A DNA stretch of 64,000 nt, from the NCBI GenBank assembly GCA_027491435.1, contig JAOZFG010000028.1:1-64000 (forward strand), in the 5' to 3' direction. Under the pieces are notes generated by a model. The model made no database searches. It was given only the letters and a program-made list of their open reading frames with translations, and was not told the origin of the DNA. The DNA comes from Thermoproteota archaeon (GTDB taxonomy: Archaea > Korarchaeota > Korarchaeia > Korarchaeales > Korarchaeaceae). Of the stretch, positions 37,649-47,342 are shown in pieces. A program made the position numbers and the translations under genes. The number at the start of each line of letters is the position of its first letter. The stretch's first letter is position 1.

Positions 37649-38320
37649 GAGGGCCTCCCTCACCAAGTTGACCCTCTCCCTCAAACCCTTCCCCGAGAGG
37701 TTAAGCTCGTAAGCTACCCTGGCCGGCCTGTGGGTGAGCAGGTAAGTTCTCTCCGTGAGGGTCAACAGGTCCTCCAGCTGATGGGAGACTATCACAGTGG
37801 ACACCTCCTTAACAACTTCTCCCAGGAACCCCTTCAGGGAATCTATGGTCTTCACGTCCAGGCCCGTGAAGGGCTCGTCCAGCAGGAGCACGTCCGGCTC
37901 TAGCGCCAGGGATCTAGCTATGGCGGCCTTCTTCTTCATTCCCCCGCTGGCCTTCCCTGGATAGAGGGAGAGCTCCTCCTCCGAAAGGTTGAGCTCCCTG
38001 GCGTACCTCATGACCCTCTCCCTTATCTCAGAGGCTGGGAGCTTCATGTACTTCAGGCCCAGGGCTATGTTCTGGTAGAGGGTCTTCCAAGGGAGGAGCC
38101 TGTTATCCTGGAAAACTATGCCCACCCTCTCGGCCTCCCTTATTACCTCCCCGGAGTCTGGGACCTCCAGGCCGGCCATTATCCTGAGGAGGGTCGTCTT
38201 GCCGCACCCGTTGGGGCCTACTATTCCTAAAGCTTCTCCCCTCCTCAGCTCCAGGGTTATGCCGTCTAGGACCTTCTCTTTGTAGGACTTGTGTACGTTC
38301 AGAACCTTTAGGACTGCCAC
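37601..38320 (-). CDS. ABC importer ATPase (nitrate/sulfonate/NMT1-type)
   Basis: GPNGCGKTT, FQDNRLLPW, SGGM and LDEPF motifs. Confidence 0.9.
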   Translation of the reverse strand: MAVLKVLNVHKSYKEKVLDGITLELRRGEALGIVGPNGCGKTTLLRIMAGLEVPDSGEVIREAERVGIVFQDNRLLPWKTLYQNIALGLKYMKLPASEIRERVMRYARELNLSEEELSLYPGKASGGMKKKAAIARSLALEPDVLLLDEPFTGLDVKTIDSLKGFLGEVVKEVSTVIVSHQLEDLLTLTERTYLLTHRPARVAYELNLSGKGLRERVNLVREALLHLIEEVDQDSNPQE

Positions 38321-39108
38321 TTCCTAGCACCTCCCTCCAGGTAGGCCAGGAGCTTGTCCATGGCCAGTACGGTCAGGAAGAGTATGACGGACCAGGCGAG
38401 CACCCCCTCCACGTCCGCCAAGTTGTAGCTCCTCATGAGCATGTAACCCACCCCTCCCCCACCGCCGAAAGCCTCTGCCACAACGCTTATCCTCAAAGCA
38501 GTCCCTATGCCCACCCTGGAGGCAGAGGCCAATATGGGAACTGAGCTGGGCAGCAACACATCCATGAACTCGTCGAACTGGCTCGCCCCTAACGACCTGA
38601 CCGCCTCCACCAACCCCTTATCCACTGAGTTTATCGCCGAGGTCACGGCGGATAGCAAGTGAGGGGCGGTTACCGCTGAAACTACAAGTATCGGCGGTAG
38701 CGGGTTCAGCACCCCCAGAGTGGCGACTAGCACTAGAGACCAGACTAAGGCGGATGTGCTGTTGAACATCTCAGAGAGGCCCCTTATGACCCCTCTGATC
38801 ACGTAGTTCTTCTGGGCCAGCACGGACAGGGTCATAGAGACGAGAAAGGATAGGGAAAACCCTGCAACCCCGTTATACAGGGTTCTAAGCAGGTTGGAGA
38901 ACACCTCTCCTGGCTTTAGGCTGAGCACCCTCTCCAAGGTGGTTAGAGGGCCTGGAACGAGTCCTCCGAGTGAGGCCACCTGCCAGCCAGCCAGGAAAAG
39001 GACGTAGGAGAGGGTCACCCCTAGCCTTTCCAGAAGGCCCTCTCCGCCAGCCTCTCTAGGTCTTGATCTGAGGCCTTCAGGTAGCCCCCGTCCCTGGCTA
39101 ACCTCCAT
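38308..39108 (-). CDS. ABC importer permease (true start probably near 39018-39040)
   Basis: EAVRSLGA EAA motif; VVAEAFG. Confidence 0.85.
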   Translation of the reverse strand: MEVSQGRGLPEGLRSRPREAGGEGLLERLGVTLSYVLFLAGWQVASLGGLVPGPLTTLERVLSLKPGEVFSNLLRTLYNGVAGFSLSFLVSMTLSVLAQKNYVIRGVIRGLSEMFNSTSALVWSLVLVATLGVLNPLPPILVVSAVTAPHLLSAVTSAINSVDKGLVEAVRSLGASQFDEFMDVLLPSSVPILASASRVGIGTALRISVVAEAFGGGGGVGYMLMRSYNLADVEGVLAWSVILFLTVLAMDKLLAYLEGGARKWQS

Positions 39109-39926
39109 ACCTGGAGCACACCCCCTTTTGCCTCGTCAAGCGTGCCGGTCCAGATGACTACCCTGTTCATCAGCGTATTGACCTCCTTATCGCTCAACCC
39201 GTACATCTCCTTCAGGACGGATGGAGCTAGCTCCCCCCACTCCCTGGCGTACTCTTCCCTCATCTTGACGAGCTCTGAAACCATGTCAGACCTGGCAAAC
39301 TCTTCGGTGGCTACCCAAACCAGCATCACCGGCTTCTCCTTGGAGAACCTGCTCCAGAGCTCCATGAAGCTTGCCACCTCCTTGTGGCCTGAGGCCAGCA
39401 GCTTGCTCACCAAGGGCTCCCAGGTAACCACGGCGTCTACGTCCCCCCTCTTAAGGGCTATCGGTATCTGAGGAGGGGGCAGGTCGACGACCTGGTAGTC
39501 GTTAACGCCCAGCAGCTTCATGTAGGCTCTGAACATGGCGAAGGTCCCGCTGGCCGTCGTGGCCCCGACCCTCTTCCCCTTTAGGTCCTCCACCCTATCC
39601 AAGTTGCCTATTATCGCCTGGTTCTGGAGCATGTCCACAGCTATTATCTTAAGTTTCCCCCCCTTCAAGGCGAACTTGGCGTACATCTCGGCGGTTATGA
39701 CTGCTACGTCAACCTCGCCCTTGCTCAGGGCTTGAGCTACGTCTAGGGGCTTGTCGAACCGTATCACCTTGAGCCAGCTCACCTTGCCCTCCATCAGGTC
39801 CAGGGTGCTTATCCCACCCTGTATCGTGGCCGCCACCACTTCCTCCCTCTTCTGCCCTCCCGTCAGTGCCAGTAACGCCAGCACCACTACTATGGCCAAG
39901 GCCAGGGGTATGAGCTTCCTGTACAT
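39021..39926 (-). CDS. ABC importer substrate-binding protein (NMT1/THI5-like)
   Basis: Signal anchor; DLKGKRVG and ALKRGDVDAVVTWEP motifs. Confidence 0.88.
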   Translation of the reverse strand: MYRKLIPLALAIVVVLALLALTGGQKREEVVAATIQGGISTLDLMEGKVSWLKVIRFDKPLDVAQALSKGEVDVAVITAEMYAKFALKGGKLKIIAVDMLQNQAIIGNLDRVEDLKGKRVGATTASGTFAMFRAYMKLLGVNDYQVVDLPPPQIPIALKRGDVDAVVTWEPLVSKLLASGHKEVASFMELWSRFSKEKPVMLVWVATEEFARSDMVSELVKMREEYAREWGELAPSVLKEMYGLSDKEVNTLMNRVVIWTGTLDEAKGGVLQVWRLARDGGYLKASDQDLERLAERAFWKG

Positions 39927-42324
39927 GGTCTCCCTCCCGTTCGACCTCGGTCAATATTTTAGCTGTTGGCCTCGAAGCCCCGCCCTCCCTTAAAGACTCG
40001 TAAAGGGAAATGAAAGCCACTAAAATCAGCGATAGGGCGGGCAATGAGCAAGGGGCTAGCTCCGTTGGCTCGCACTTGAACAGTTCTTTAACTAGGAGGT
40101 AAGGCCTCACCCAGGAGGCTGCCGCCAGCCCGACCAGGAGGTCAGAGGCTAAGGTTAGGTGGAGCGCCCTGAACGAGGGCATCAGGAGAACCCACCACTC
40201 CACTGGGCTCGCGTGGAAGAAAAGCAGGAAAGCTGAGAGGGCGGCCTCCGCCCTGAAGTTCCCCAGGTAAGTGAAGACGGAGACGGCCATCATGGTGACC
40301 ACCAGGGACATCAAAGGGTCTAAGCCCATGAGCCCTGTAAGCCCCGTGGTGGGCGGCGCCTCCAGAAACCAGGCCAGGCCCCTGACCCACTCTCTAGGGT
40401 AGAGGGCCAGGTAGTAGAGGTTCAGGGGGTTCATGAAGCCGGCCACTAGGAAGGCCACGTCCCTCCTAGAGGAGGGCCTCCAGTTCATCAGGAAGAAGGC
40501 CGCCACCGGGTTTAGCGCAACCCCCAGGCCCAGGAGGAAGGCCGCCATCCCAGGGCGTTCCTTGAGGTTGAGGGCCCTGAGCACGAAGGCCAAGGCCAGG
40601 GTTGTCCACCCGAGGGGGGCCAGGAAGACCAGGAAGAGGGTCAGGTGAAGGACTTTAACCTCCCCCTCAAGCTCCTTCACTATTATCAGGGAGGCCAGGA
40701 CCACCATGAGGCCGTAGATGAGCTCTCCCCCTGACACCGAAGCTACCGAGTAAGTTAGCCAGGCCTCAAGGGGGGTTCCGTGGTAGACGTGCTCCTCGTA
40801 AGGCAGCGGAGGGGAACCGGAGAACTCCCTGATCGTGGATAACACGTAAGAGGTCGGTAAAGTGTACCTGGTCAGGTTCAAGACGAGGCCTACCACAGGG
40901 GCCATGACCCCCAGGAGGGTTGAGGGGCTCCTGAAGGCCTCCAGCCAGGCCAGCTCTTCAGGGAGCGTGAAGCCCCACCTGAGGAACCTCCCCCAGAGGG
41001 CTGCCCACTCCCGTTTAACCCACTTGAAGTTGTCCGACAGGAATATGGCCAGGACTGCAAAGCCCGTCGCAGCTGCAGAGCTCTGCTGAACCGCGTAGAA
41101 GCTGTAGAGGGTCCTGTTACCCTTGGCGTAGACTGCCGTGAAGCCCAGGAATATTGCGGAGAACATGAGCAGGGGCAAGTACCTCTCATCCCTCCTTACC
41201 AGGAGGGGGAGGAGAAGGAGGGCTCCGATGGCGGAGCCCAGGTGGGTCACCACGTTGGTGACGGCGTATACGTCCGGGTCCACGTGGAGGGCCATGGGCG
41301 AGTAGTTGATCAGCCATCCCCAGGGGGGCGAGGAGGCGGGCCCCTCTCCCCTGCTGGTGGTGTGCCAGGAGAAGGAGCTTAAAGTCCTGTTGGCCCACTC
41401 CTCAGGCCCCCAGCTCAGGATCAGTGGGGAGGATAAGGCGAAGAATATGAGGCTGAAGGCTGCTGCCTTCGCCAGGGCCTTTAGCGCCCCCTCCCTCCTG
41501 TATATCCTCGAGTAGAGGTACGCTGCCGCTATGGGAAATAGCCCGCTGAACTTGACGGAGAAGGCCAGCCAGCCTGATGCGTAGGCCAACTTCTTCCTCC
41601 CGTACACCAGGAAGAGAAGGGTCATTGTGGTGAAGAAAGCCAAATGTACGTCCAGCATGGCTATGTGACACATGGTCCTGAGTATGGGGTCCGAGACGGC
41701 CCCGGCAACTGATATGAGCCCTCCTATGAATCCGTAAAGCTTGTAACCTATAAGGTAGACCATGATAACTATTAGGAAGCCCTCTATGAGGCTAGGGATC
41801 CTCCAGCTGGTGGGATAGTCGCCTAGGACGGCCATGGAAAGGGCTATCAGGTACTTGCCCAAGGGAGGGTGCTCGGAGTTCATGTAGTTGTGGATGTTCT
41901 CCTTGTCGGGGTACTGGAAGCCCCCTATAACCTCGGAGGCGTTGCAGTTTAGGGAGGTGAAGTTCTCCTCGGGCACGTAGACCCAGATCAGGGAGCTCTC
42001 CTCTGTGTAGTTGTTCCTGGCCACCCCTCCGCCCAGCCTTGAGAGGCAGCCCTCCAGCCCTTCGGGTATCTCCTGGTAAACGAGGGTGGCATACCTCATT
42101 CCATCCTTCTCGTACACTGGCTGGTAGTGGAACACCTTGACCAAGAGGTTCCTGGCTGAGGTGACGTACCAGACCTCGTCGCTCACGTAGTAGCTGTCCC
42201 CCCTCAACCTCTGAGATGTCACATAGCCGTTGATAGCCACGAAGGCCCCCGCCAGGGCCGCCAGCAGGAGGCCAACTAGAAACCTGCGGTCCCTCATCTC
42301 AACATCCCTATCCCGGTGAGCCAA
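39709..42324 (-). CDS. GT-C glycosyltransferase (PMT-like) with a second membrane GT-C-like domain
   Basis: YVSDEVWY, EHPPLGKYL, WRIPSL, AMLDV, SVKFSG and SPPWGW motifs; long hydrophobic C-terminal half; the C-terminal tail overlaps the next gene. Confidence 0.82.
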   Translation of the reverse strand: MAHRDRDVEMRDRRFLVGLLLAALAGAFVAINGYVTSQRLRGDSYYVSDEVWYVTSARNLLVKVFHYQPVYEKDGMRYATLVYQEIPEGLEGCLSRLGGGVARNNYTEESSLIWVYVPEENFTSLNCNASEVIGGFQYPDKENIHNYMNSEHPPLGKYLIALSMAVLGDYPTSWRIPSLIEGFLIVIMVYLIGYKLYGFIGGLISVAGAVSDPILRTMCHIAMLDVHLAFFTTMTLLFLVYGRKKLAYASGWLAFSVKFSGLFPIAAAYLYSRIYRREGALKALAKAAAFSLIFFALSSPLILSWGPEEWANRTLSSFSWHTTSRGEGPASSPPWGWLINYSPMALHVDPDVYAVTNVVTHLGSAIGALLLLPLLVRRDERYLPLLMFSAIFLGFTAVYAKGNRTLYSFYAVQQSSAAATGFAVLAIFLSDNFKWVKREWAALWGRFLRWGFTLPEELAWLEAFRSPSTLLGVMAPVVGLVLNLTRYTLPTSYVLSTIREFSGSPPLPYEEHVYHGTPLEAWLTYSVASVSGGELIYGLMVVLASLIIVKELEGEVKVLHLTLFLVFLAPLGWTTLALAFVLRALNLKERPGMAAFLLGLGVALNPVAAFFLMNWRPSSRRDVAFLVAGFMNPLNLYYLALYPREWVRGLAWFLEAPPTTGLTGLMGLDPLMSLVVTMMAVSVFTYLGNFRAEAALSAFLLFFHASPVEWWVLLMPSFRALHLTLASDLLVGLAAASWVRPYLLVKELFKCEPTELAPCSLPALSLILVAFISLYESLREGGASRPTAKILTEVEREGDHVQEAHTPGLGHSSGAGVTGTDGRAEEGGSGGGHDTGWDKHPGPDGGQGELAQGDTVRQAPRRSSSPEQGRG

Positions 42325-42917
42325 TCGGTGAGCCCTGAGGTGAGCATGTCAGCGGCCACGGCAGCCACTATTATGGCCATGAACCTGCTAAGCCCCCTAA
42401 GCCCGTTCATCCCCAGCACCCCCCTTATCTTGGAGGAGTTGGACAGTATTAGGTGGGTGAGAACAGTCACGACCAATGAGGAGATTACCAGCATGGCGCT
42501 GGCTGTTAAGAACCCGTACTTGGTCGTGTACTCGGTGGAGAGCACCAGTATCGTGGTCATGGTGCCGGGGCCGACTAGCAGGGGCGTGGTTAGGGGAACC
42601 ACCGCCAGCTCCTCCTCTTCAACTTCCTTGGTCCTGGGCATCCCCTGAAGCATGTCTACGGCCAGGACTGCCAGTATTAGGCCGCCTCCTATCTTCATTC
42701 CGGTCACGGTAACGCCCAGGACCATGAGGAGGAACTTCCCCGTCACTGAGAACAGGGTCATCAGTAAGAGCATCGCCACGGTTACCGTCTTCACTATCTT
42801 TTGGACCTCTTCATCGTCCCTTCCCTCGGTAAGCGAGAGGAAGGTGGGCATGACGCTTATCGGGTTCAGGATAGCGAATATCTGTATTATGGTCGTCAGC
42901 AGGACGTGAAGGTCCAT
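42294..42917 (-). CDS. MarC-family membrane protein
   Basis: FAILNPI, KIGGGLIL and VPLTTPLLVGPG motifs. Confidence 0.92.
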   Translation of the reverse strand: MDLHVLLTTIIQIFAILNPISVMPTFLSLTEGRDDEEVQKIVKTVTVAMLLLMTLFSVTGKFLLMVLGVTVTGMKIGGGLILAVLAVDMLQGMPRTKEVEEEELAVVPLTTPLLVGPGTMTTILVLSTEYTTKYGFLTASAMLVISSLVVTVLTHLILSNSSKIRGVLGMNGLRGLSRFMAIIVAAVAADMLTSGLTDWLTGIGMLR

Positions 42918-44449
42918 CAGATCCCTCCCAAAGGTCTTTCATCCCTGCTAGCCAGATAAGTCAGTAATAAAGCGATCCCAGGAGTTAGAAGGGCTAGGAC
43001 GAGGCTTTCTGGGTAAACCTGGTTGGGCTCAACTAGGGCTGCGAACCCTCCCCTTAAAAGGGATGGGATTAGTGGTAGCAGGGCTAGGAACCCGTAGAGA
43101 ATGAACTCCCCTAGGAACACCAGCAGAACCGTGCCAGACCTGGCTTGGGCCATCCCCTCAGTCCAAGCGGCTGGCTCCTTTGGAATCCTCCACATAACAA
43201 GCTTTGAGTTCAACATTATGCCGCTGTAAAGGGATAGGGTGTAGGAAAGACCTGAGATAAAGCCCAGAAGGCCTGAGGTAAGCGTTAGAGCGAGCACAAC
43301 TGCTAGAACCAGGGGGAAAGTTAACGTAGCCATTGTCAGGAACTTCCCCCTCATGACCCAGCCTCTGGACACGGGCAGGTGGTAGAGAAGCCTGGCCCCG
43401 TTGCCCTCGGCGGCGTAGGCGTAAATCACGGAAAGACCCCCTATTCCCCCGGCTATTATGGCCTGGGGGAGGAGAGCTCCTACAGGCGTTTCCTCTGAAA
43501 GTATGGAGGGTAAGAGGACGAAGAGGGGGAAGAAAGCCAGGTAGTAGATGACCGAAGCCAACAACTTCGTGTTCCTGAGCAGGAGCTTCAGATCCTTCAC
43601 AACCGGGTAGAATGAGGGATATCTTGTAACTGTCCACTCTCCCATCTCTTCAGGGGCCTCATACTCTTCAACAACTGTAGCGGCCCTCCAGAACCTGTCA
43701 GACCCATACTTGAAGGTTAAGAGGGCCAAAGCCAGTGTAATCAGGGATGTGATGGAGGCGCTGAGATCTCCTAGCCCGGCCAGCCCGTAGGAGAAGGGGG
43801 GCACGTTGAGTGGCCTCTCGCCCCACTTGGGCAGGAACTGATACAGGAGCCCGAAGCTGAACAGAGCTATCCAGGCGGTTAGAGATGCTAACCTCCTCAC
43901 AAGGCTCCTGGAGTACCTGGTGTAGAGTGATCCAGCTATCAAGGCCAAGCCGGCCGAGAGGATCATCAGGGTGATAGCCTCCAGGACTCCCCAGAGGGTT
44001 ATGAGGGGGCCAAACCTCACCCCAAGCACTAAAGAGGGAGTTATGACCAGGAAGGGATAGGAGAAGGAGCCCATATAAAGAAGAGCGCCCAAGACCGCCT
44101 TTCTGACGGTAGGCCGGTCTAGGGGAAGATGCCTCAGCGGCTCCAGGAGCCTGTCCTCCTGGATTACGTGAAGGCTCATGGCCAGGGTGAAGGCCCCCAT
44201 GAGGAGCTCCATTATGCCAAGGAAGCCCAGCACGCTCGACACTATCAAGGGCAGCTCCTCTCCTGATATGAAGTAGATGGGGAGCACTGTGATCAAAGAG
44301 ATCACAGAAAATAGGGCTATCCCCAGGAGGTTGGACTTTACCATGCTCCCGTAGAAGTAAGTGAGCAGCTTCCTCTTCCCCCTCCTCTTAGAAATTCTGT
44401 AGGCTGACTCCTTGGCTAGGACCTGAGCTATCACCTTCCAGTCGGCCAA
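42917..44449 (-). CDS. ABC exporter permease
   Basis: Duplicated LRHLPL / LYHLPV motifs; KDLKLLLR; many TM helices. Confidence 0.8.
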   Translation of the reverse strand: MADWKVIAQVLAKESAYRISKRRGKRKLLTYFYGSMVKSNLLGIALFSVISLITVLPIYFISGEELPLIVSSVLGFLGIMELLMGAFTLAMSLHVIQEDRLLEPLRHLPLDRPTVRKAVLGALLYMGSFSYPFLVITPSLVLGVRFGPLITLWGVLEAITLMILSAGLALIAGSLYTRYSRSLVRRLASLTAWIALFSFGLLYQFLPKWGERPLNVPPFSYGLAGLGDLSASITSLITLALALLTFKYGSDRFWRAATVVEEYEAPEEMGEWTVTRYPSFYPVVKDLKLLLRNTKLLASVIYYLAFFPLFVLLPSILSEETPVGALLPQAIIAGGIGGLSVIYAYAAEGNGARLLYHLPVSRGWVMRGKFLTMATLTFPLVLAVVLALTLTSGLLGFISGLSYTLSLYSGIMLNSKLVMWRIPKEPAAWTEGMAQARSGTVLLVFLGEFILYGFLALLPLIPSLLRGGFAALVEPNQVYPESLVLALLTPGIALLLTYLASRDERPLGGI

Positions 44450-44450
44450 C

Positions 44451-45209
44451 TCATCCCCTCCATAGAAGTTCCAGTAGCTCCTTTAACTCGGAGGATAGTC
44501 CGGTAACCTCCAGGAAGACCTCTTCAAGCCCTTTCTCCTCTTTAGCGCTTCTAAGCTCTTCCCTGTTGCCCTTGAGCACCACCTTCCCCCTGTGCATTAT
44601 CGTGACCTCATCAGCTACAGCCTCAGCGAGCTCAAGCACGTGGGTGGAGAAGATGACCGTCCTACCCTCGGAAGCGAACTTCCTCAAGAACTCCTTTAGG
44701 ATCCTCCCCGCTTCGGGATCTAGGCCGGAGAAGGGTTCATCCAGAATTATCAGGGAGGGGTCGTGCAGGAAAGCCAGTACCAGGGACAGCTTCCTCCTGT
44801 TGCCGTGACTGAGCTCTCCTGCCAACTTGTTCATGTGCTCGTCAAGTTTGAACAGTTTCACTAGGAGGGCTGACCTCTCTACCAGCCTATCCCTCTCTAT
44901 TCCGTAGATTGAACCGTAGAGAGAGATGTGCTCAGCTGGGGTTAGGCTCTCGTACAGTATTATCTCCTCAGGAGAGTAGCCTGTGATACTCCTAGCCCTG
45001 ATGGGCTCCTTAACGGGGTCTATTGAGTCCACGTAAACATTACCAGAGTCTGGCACTACTACGCCCAGGGCCATCTTCATCAGGGTGCTCTTCCCCGACC
45101 CGTTGGGCCCTAGGAGGGCGTGAACCTTGCCAGGTTCAAAGGTGACGGTAACCCCGTTGACTGCCAGAACTTCGCCGAACCTCTTGCTCACTCCCTCATA
45201 CCTTAGCAT
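44451..45209 (-). CDS. ABC transporter ATP-binding protein
   Basis: GPNGSGKST, LSHGN and LDEPFSGLD motifs. Confidence 0.94.
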   Translation of the reverse strand: MLRYEGVSKRFGEVLAVNGVTVTFEPGKVHALLGPNGSGKSTLMKMALGVVVPDSGNVYVDSIDPVKEPIRARSITGYSPEEIILYESLTPAEHISLYGSIYGIERDRLVERSALLVKLFKLDEHMNKLAGELSHGNRRKLSLVLAFLHDPSLIILDEPFSGLDPEAGRILKEFLRKFASEGRTVIFSTHVLELAEAVADEVTIMHRGKVVLKGNREELRSAKEEKGLEEVFLEVTGLSSELKELLELLWRG

Positions 45210-46578
45210 GCTTTACACCCGTTAACTCTGGGATTATTCTGCTGAAACAGGAGTCTAGGGCCTCTCCGGTACAGATGAAGGGCTCCCCTTTCAGAGGTTT
45301 AATTATGTGGTAGGTGTGAGACATCTCATTCCCGTTAACATCGAGCCTGTCCAAAACGACTAAGTCGCTGAACTCGGCCGCTGGAACGTCCTCCTCAGGG
45401 AACTTAGAGGTTATGAACCTTACTCCTATTATCCCCTTGCTCCTGAAGTCTAGGGCTGAGTTGTACTGCAGGGAGATCAGCATCCTCTTGTCGCTGAATA
45501 TCCTGTGGAGGATCCCGTAGCCCTCCATTATGACTATGTCTGGGTTAGCCCTAACTATCACCCTAGTCTCCCTGTCGAGAATTGCGGTGAGGGAAATCCT
45601 GGTGGGGTTGAAGCCCTCCTCGAACGCTACCCTCTCCTCCAGCGCCTTGGGGTTGCCCCCGTAAGCAGATATGACGTCCTTCATTCTGTAGTAGGTCCTG
45701 CTCAGGAGGCCGCTGTAGTTGAGGAAACCCACTTTTAAGTCGTTGTTGAGTATAAGGGATGCCAGATAGGCATATATATGCCTAGAGATGGACGTTCCTG
45801 GCTCGTTTATCACAAGAATCTGTGTCCCTGAGAGTACAGGCCCTATTGCCTTGTCAACTAACTCACACCCGGTCACATAACGCTTCCTGACCAGCTCCTT
45901 GGGAGGAAAGGGTTTTGGAACCACGAACTTCAGGCCCTCGCCCCAGGATATGGTGTAAGGTATCTTAACAACGTGCAGGGGAGCTGTCCTAACCTTCTTT
46001 ATCTCCAGGTACCTGTTCACCACCTCTCCCTCGTACTCAGACCTGAGCTTCAGTATCACGTCGGCGTAAAGGCCCACCCAGTCCAGTTCATCCCTGAGCA
46101 CGTCGCCCAGCATTATCAGGGTGGCGTTCAGCGCTGAGGTTATCTGGTAGATGCCCAGGGGTAGGCCTTCGAACCCCATCTTGTTAGTGAAGATCCTGTG
46201 CATCCCGTCCACTATGACTATGTCGGCTTTGAACTCCTCGGCCCACTTGGCGAAGGTTTCTGACATGAGCACGACTACGTCTTGGGCCTCCAACATGAGC
46301 AGGTGAACGTACCTGAACAGGCCCATCTTCTTTATCTCCTCGAAGTCGAAGCCTATGGACTTCATGAAGGAGAGGAACCTGGCCTCATCCTCTAATGTGC
46401 TTATGAAGAGGACCCTCTTCCCGTTGAGAAGGGCGTTCATGAAGGCTATCTGGGCGGCAAATATGGTCTTACCCGAGCCAGGCTCCCCGAATATGGCTAT
46501 GAAACACCCCCTTCGAAACCCGCCCCCGAGGAGGTCGTCGAGTTCAGGGTCGCCGGTCGTCACGTAATCTACGCTCAT
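45196..46578 (-). CDS. KaiC/RAD55-like ATPase with two RecA-type domains (second degenerate)
   Basis: TTGDPELDDLLGGG, GEPGSGKT and RYLEIKKVR; the second repeat has VTGCELVD...NEPGTSIS. Confidence 0.88.
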   Translation of the reverse strand: MSVDYVTTGDPELDDLLGGGFRRGCFIAIFGEPGSGKTIFAAQIAFMNALLNGKRVLFISTLEDEARFLSFMKSIGFDFEEIKKMGLFRYVHLLMLEAQDVVVLMSETFAKWAEEFKADIVIVDGMHRIFTNKMGFEGLPLGIYQITSALNATLIMLGDVLRDELDWVGLYADVILKLRSEYEGEVVNRYLEIKKVRTAPLHVVKIPYTISWGEGLKFVVPKPFPPKELVRKRYVTGCELVDKAIGPVLSGTQILVINEPGTSISRHIYAYLASLILNNDLKVGFLNYSGLLSRTYYRMKDVISAYGGNPKALEERVAFEEGFNPTRISLTAILDRETRVIVRANPDIVIMEGYGILHRIFSDKRMLISLQYNSALDFRSKGIIGVRFITSKFPEEDVPAAEFSDLVVLDRLDVNGNEMSHTYHIIKPLKGEPFICTGEALDSCFSRIIPELTGVKHAKV

Positions 46579-46839
46579 CCCGTGAATCGTTCAAGCAAAT
46601 GTTATAATCTTTATTGAGGAGTGAGTTCATTTGACTCTTGCTGAGGGTCGTTTGATTCCTTTGAAAATGCAGTGTTTAGCGGCTTGTTGGTAGGGGCCTC
46701 ATCAACTTTTAATTTCGTAGAGCGGAGGGAGGTGAAACATCGCTTCAATGGTTAACATAACTAATTTTTAGAACTTCGGCTATGATTAATTCTGATTAGA
46801 TCTCGCGACATCGGCTCGACGAGCAATGATAAGTAGTTT

Positions 46840-46945
46840 TCTTCCACATATTTCCTCACTTCCAACGTGTACAGCCCAACCTCGCCACATAGGTACTCCT
46901 CTGGGCCCCCTCCTGCTTCAAGAACATGTTTGCCCTATAACAGAG
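46840..46945 (-). pseudogene. Possible decayed IS6 transposase fragment
   Basis: Minus strand reads RANMFLK, then frameshifted GGPEEYLCGEVGLYTLEVRKYVE, resembling IS6 DGGPWY...LGL...RNxVER. Confidence 0.25.
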
Positions 46946-47342
46946 AGCCTATACCGCTAAGAGCGCTACAACGGGGTTTAACTCTGTAGAGAACCTGGGT
47001 AGTGGGAGATCGGGGATTACAACTCTTTGGATGTAAGGGATTTGTATCTGTCAAACCTTGTCATGGTCAGGAATCCGACGTGCTTGACTATAGATGAATT
47101 TGTGAAGCTCGAAGGCCCTTTACTTAAGGTTGGTGAGACCATCAAGACGTCTACCCGCCTAAAGGGGTTGATGAATCTGCGATGGTGTACATTAAAAATC
47201 GACATTATAGGGCAGGCTTAAGTCAGGGGCATTGGGCCCAACCTAAGTTCTAAAGAGGTGATGAAGAGGCTTATACAGCTTAATTGGTCTCGAGAGCACG
47301 GTGCTACTCATAGCAAGGCTTAATAATAGCTTTAGTTTCTCA

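Noticed and set aside
39973-39990. GAAGCCCCGCCCT resembling an IS200/IS605 end
   Set aside because: No complementary hairpin arm and no tnpA/tnpB nearby; it lies within coding sequence.
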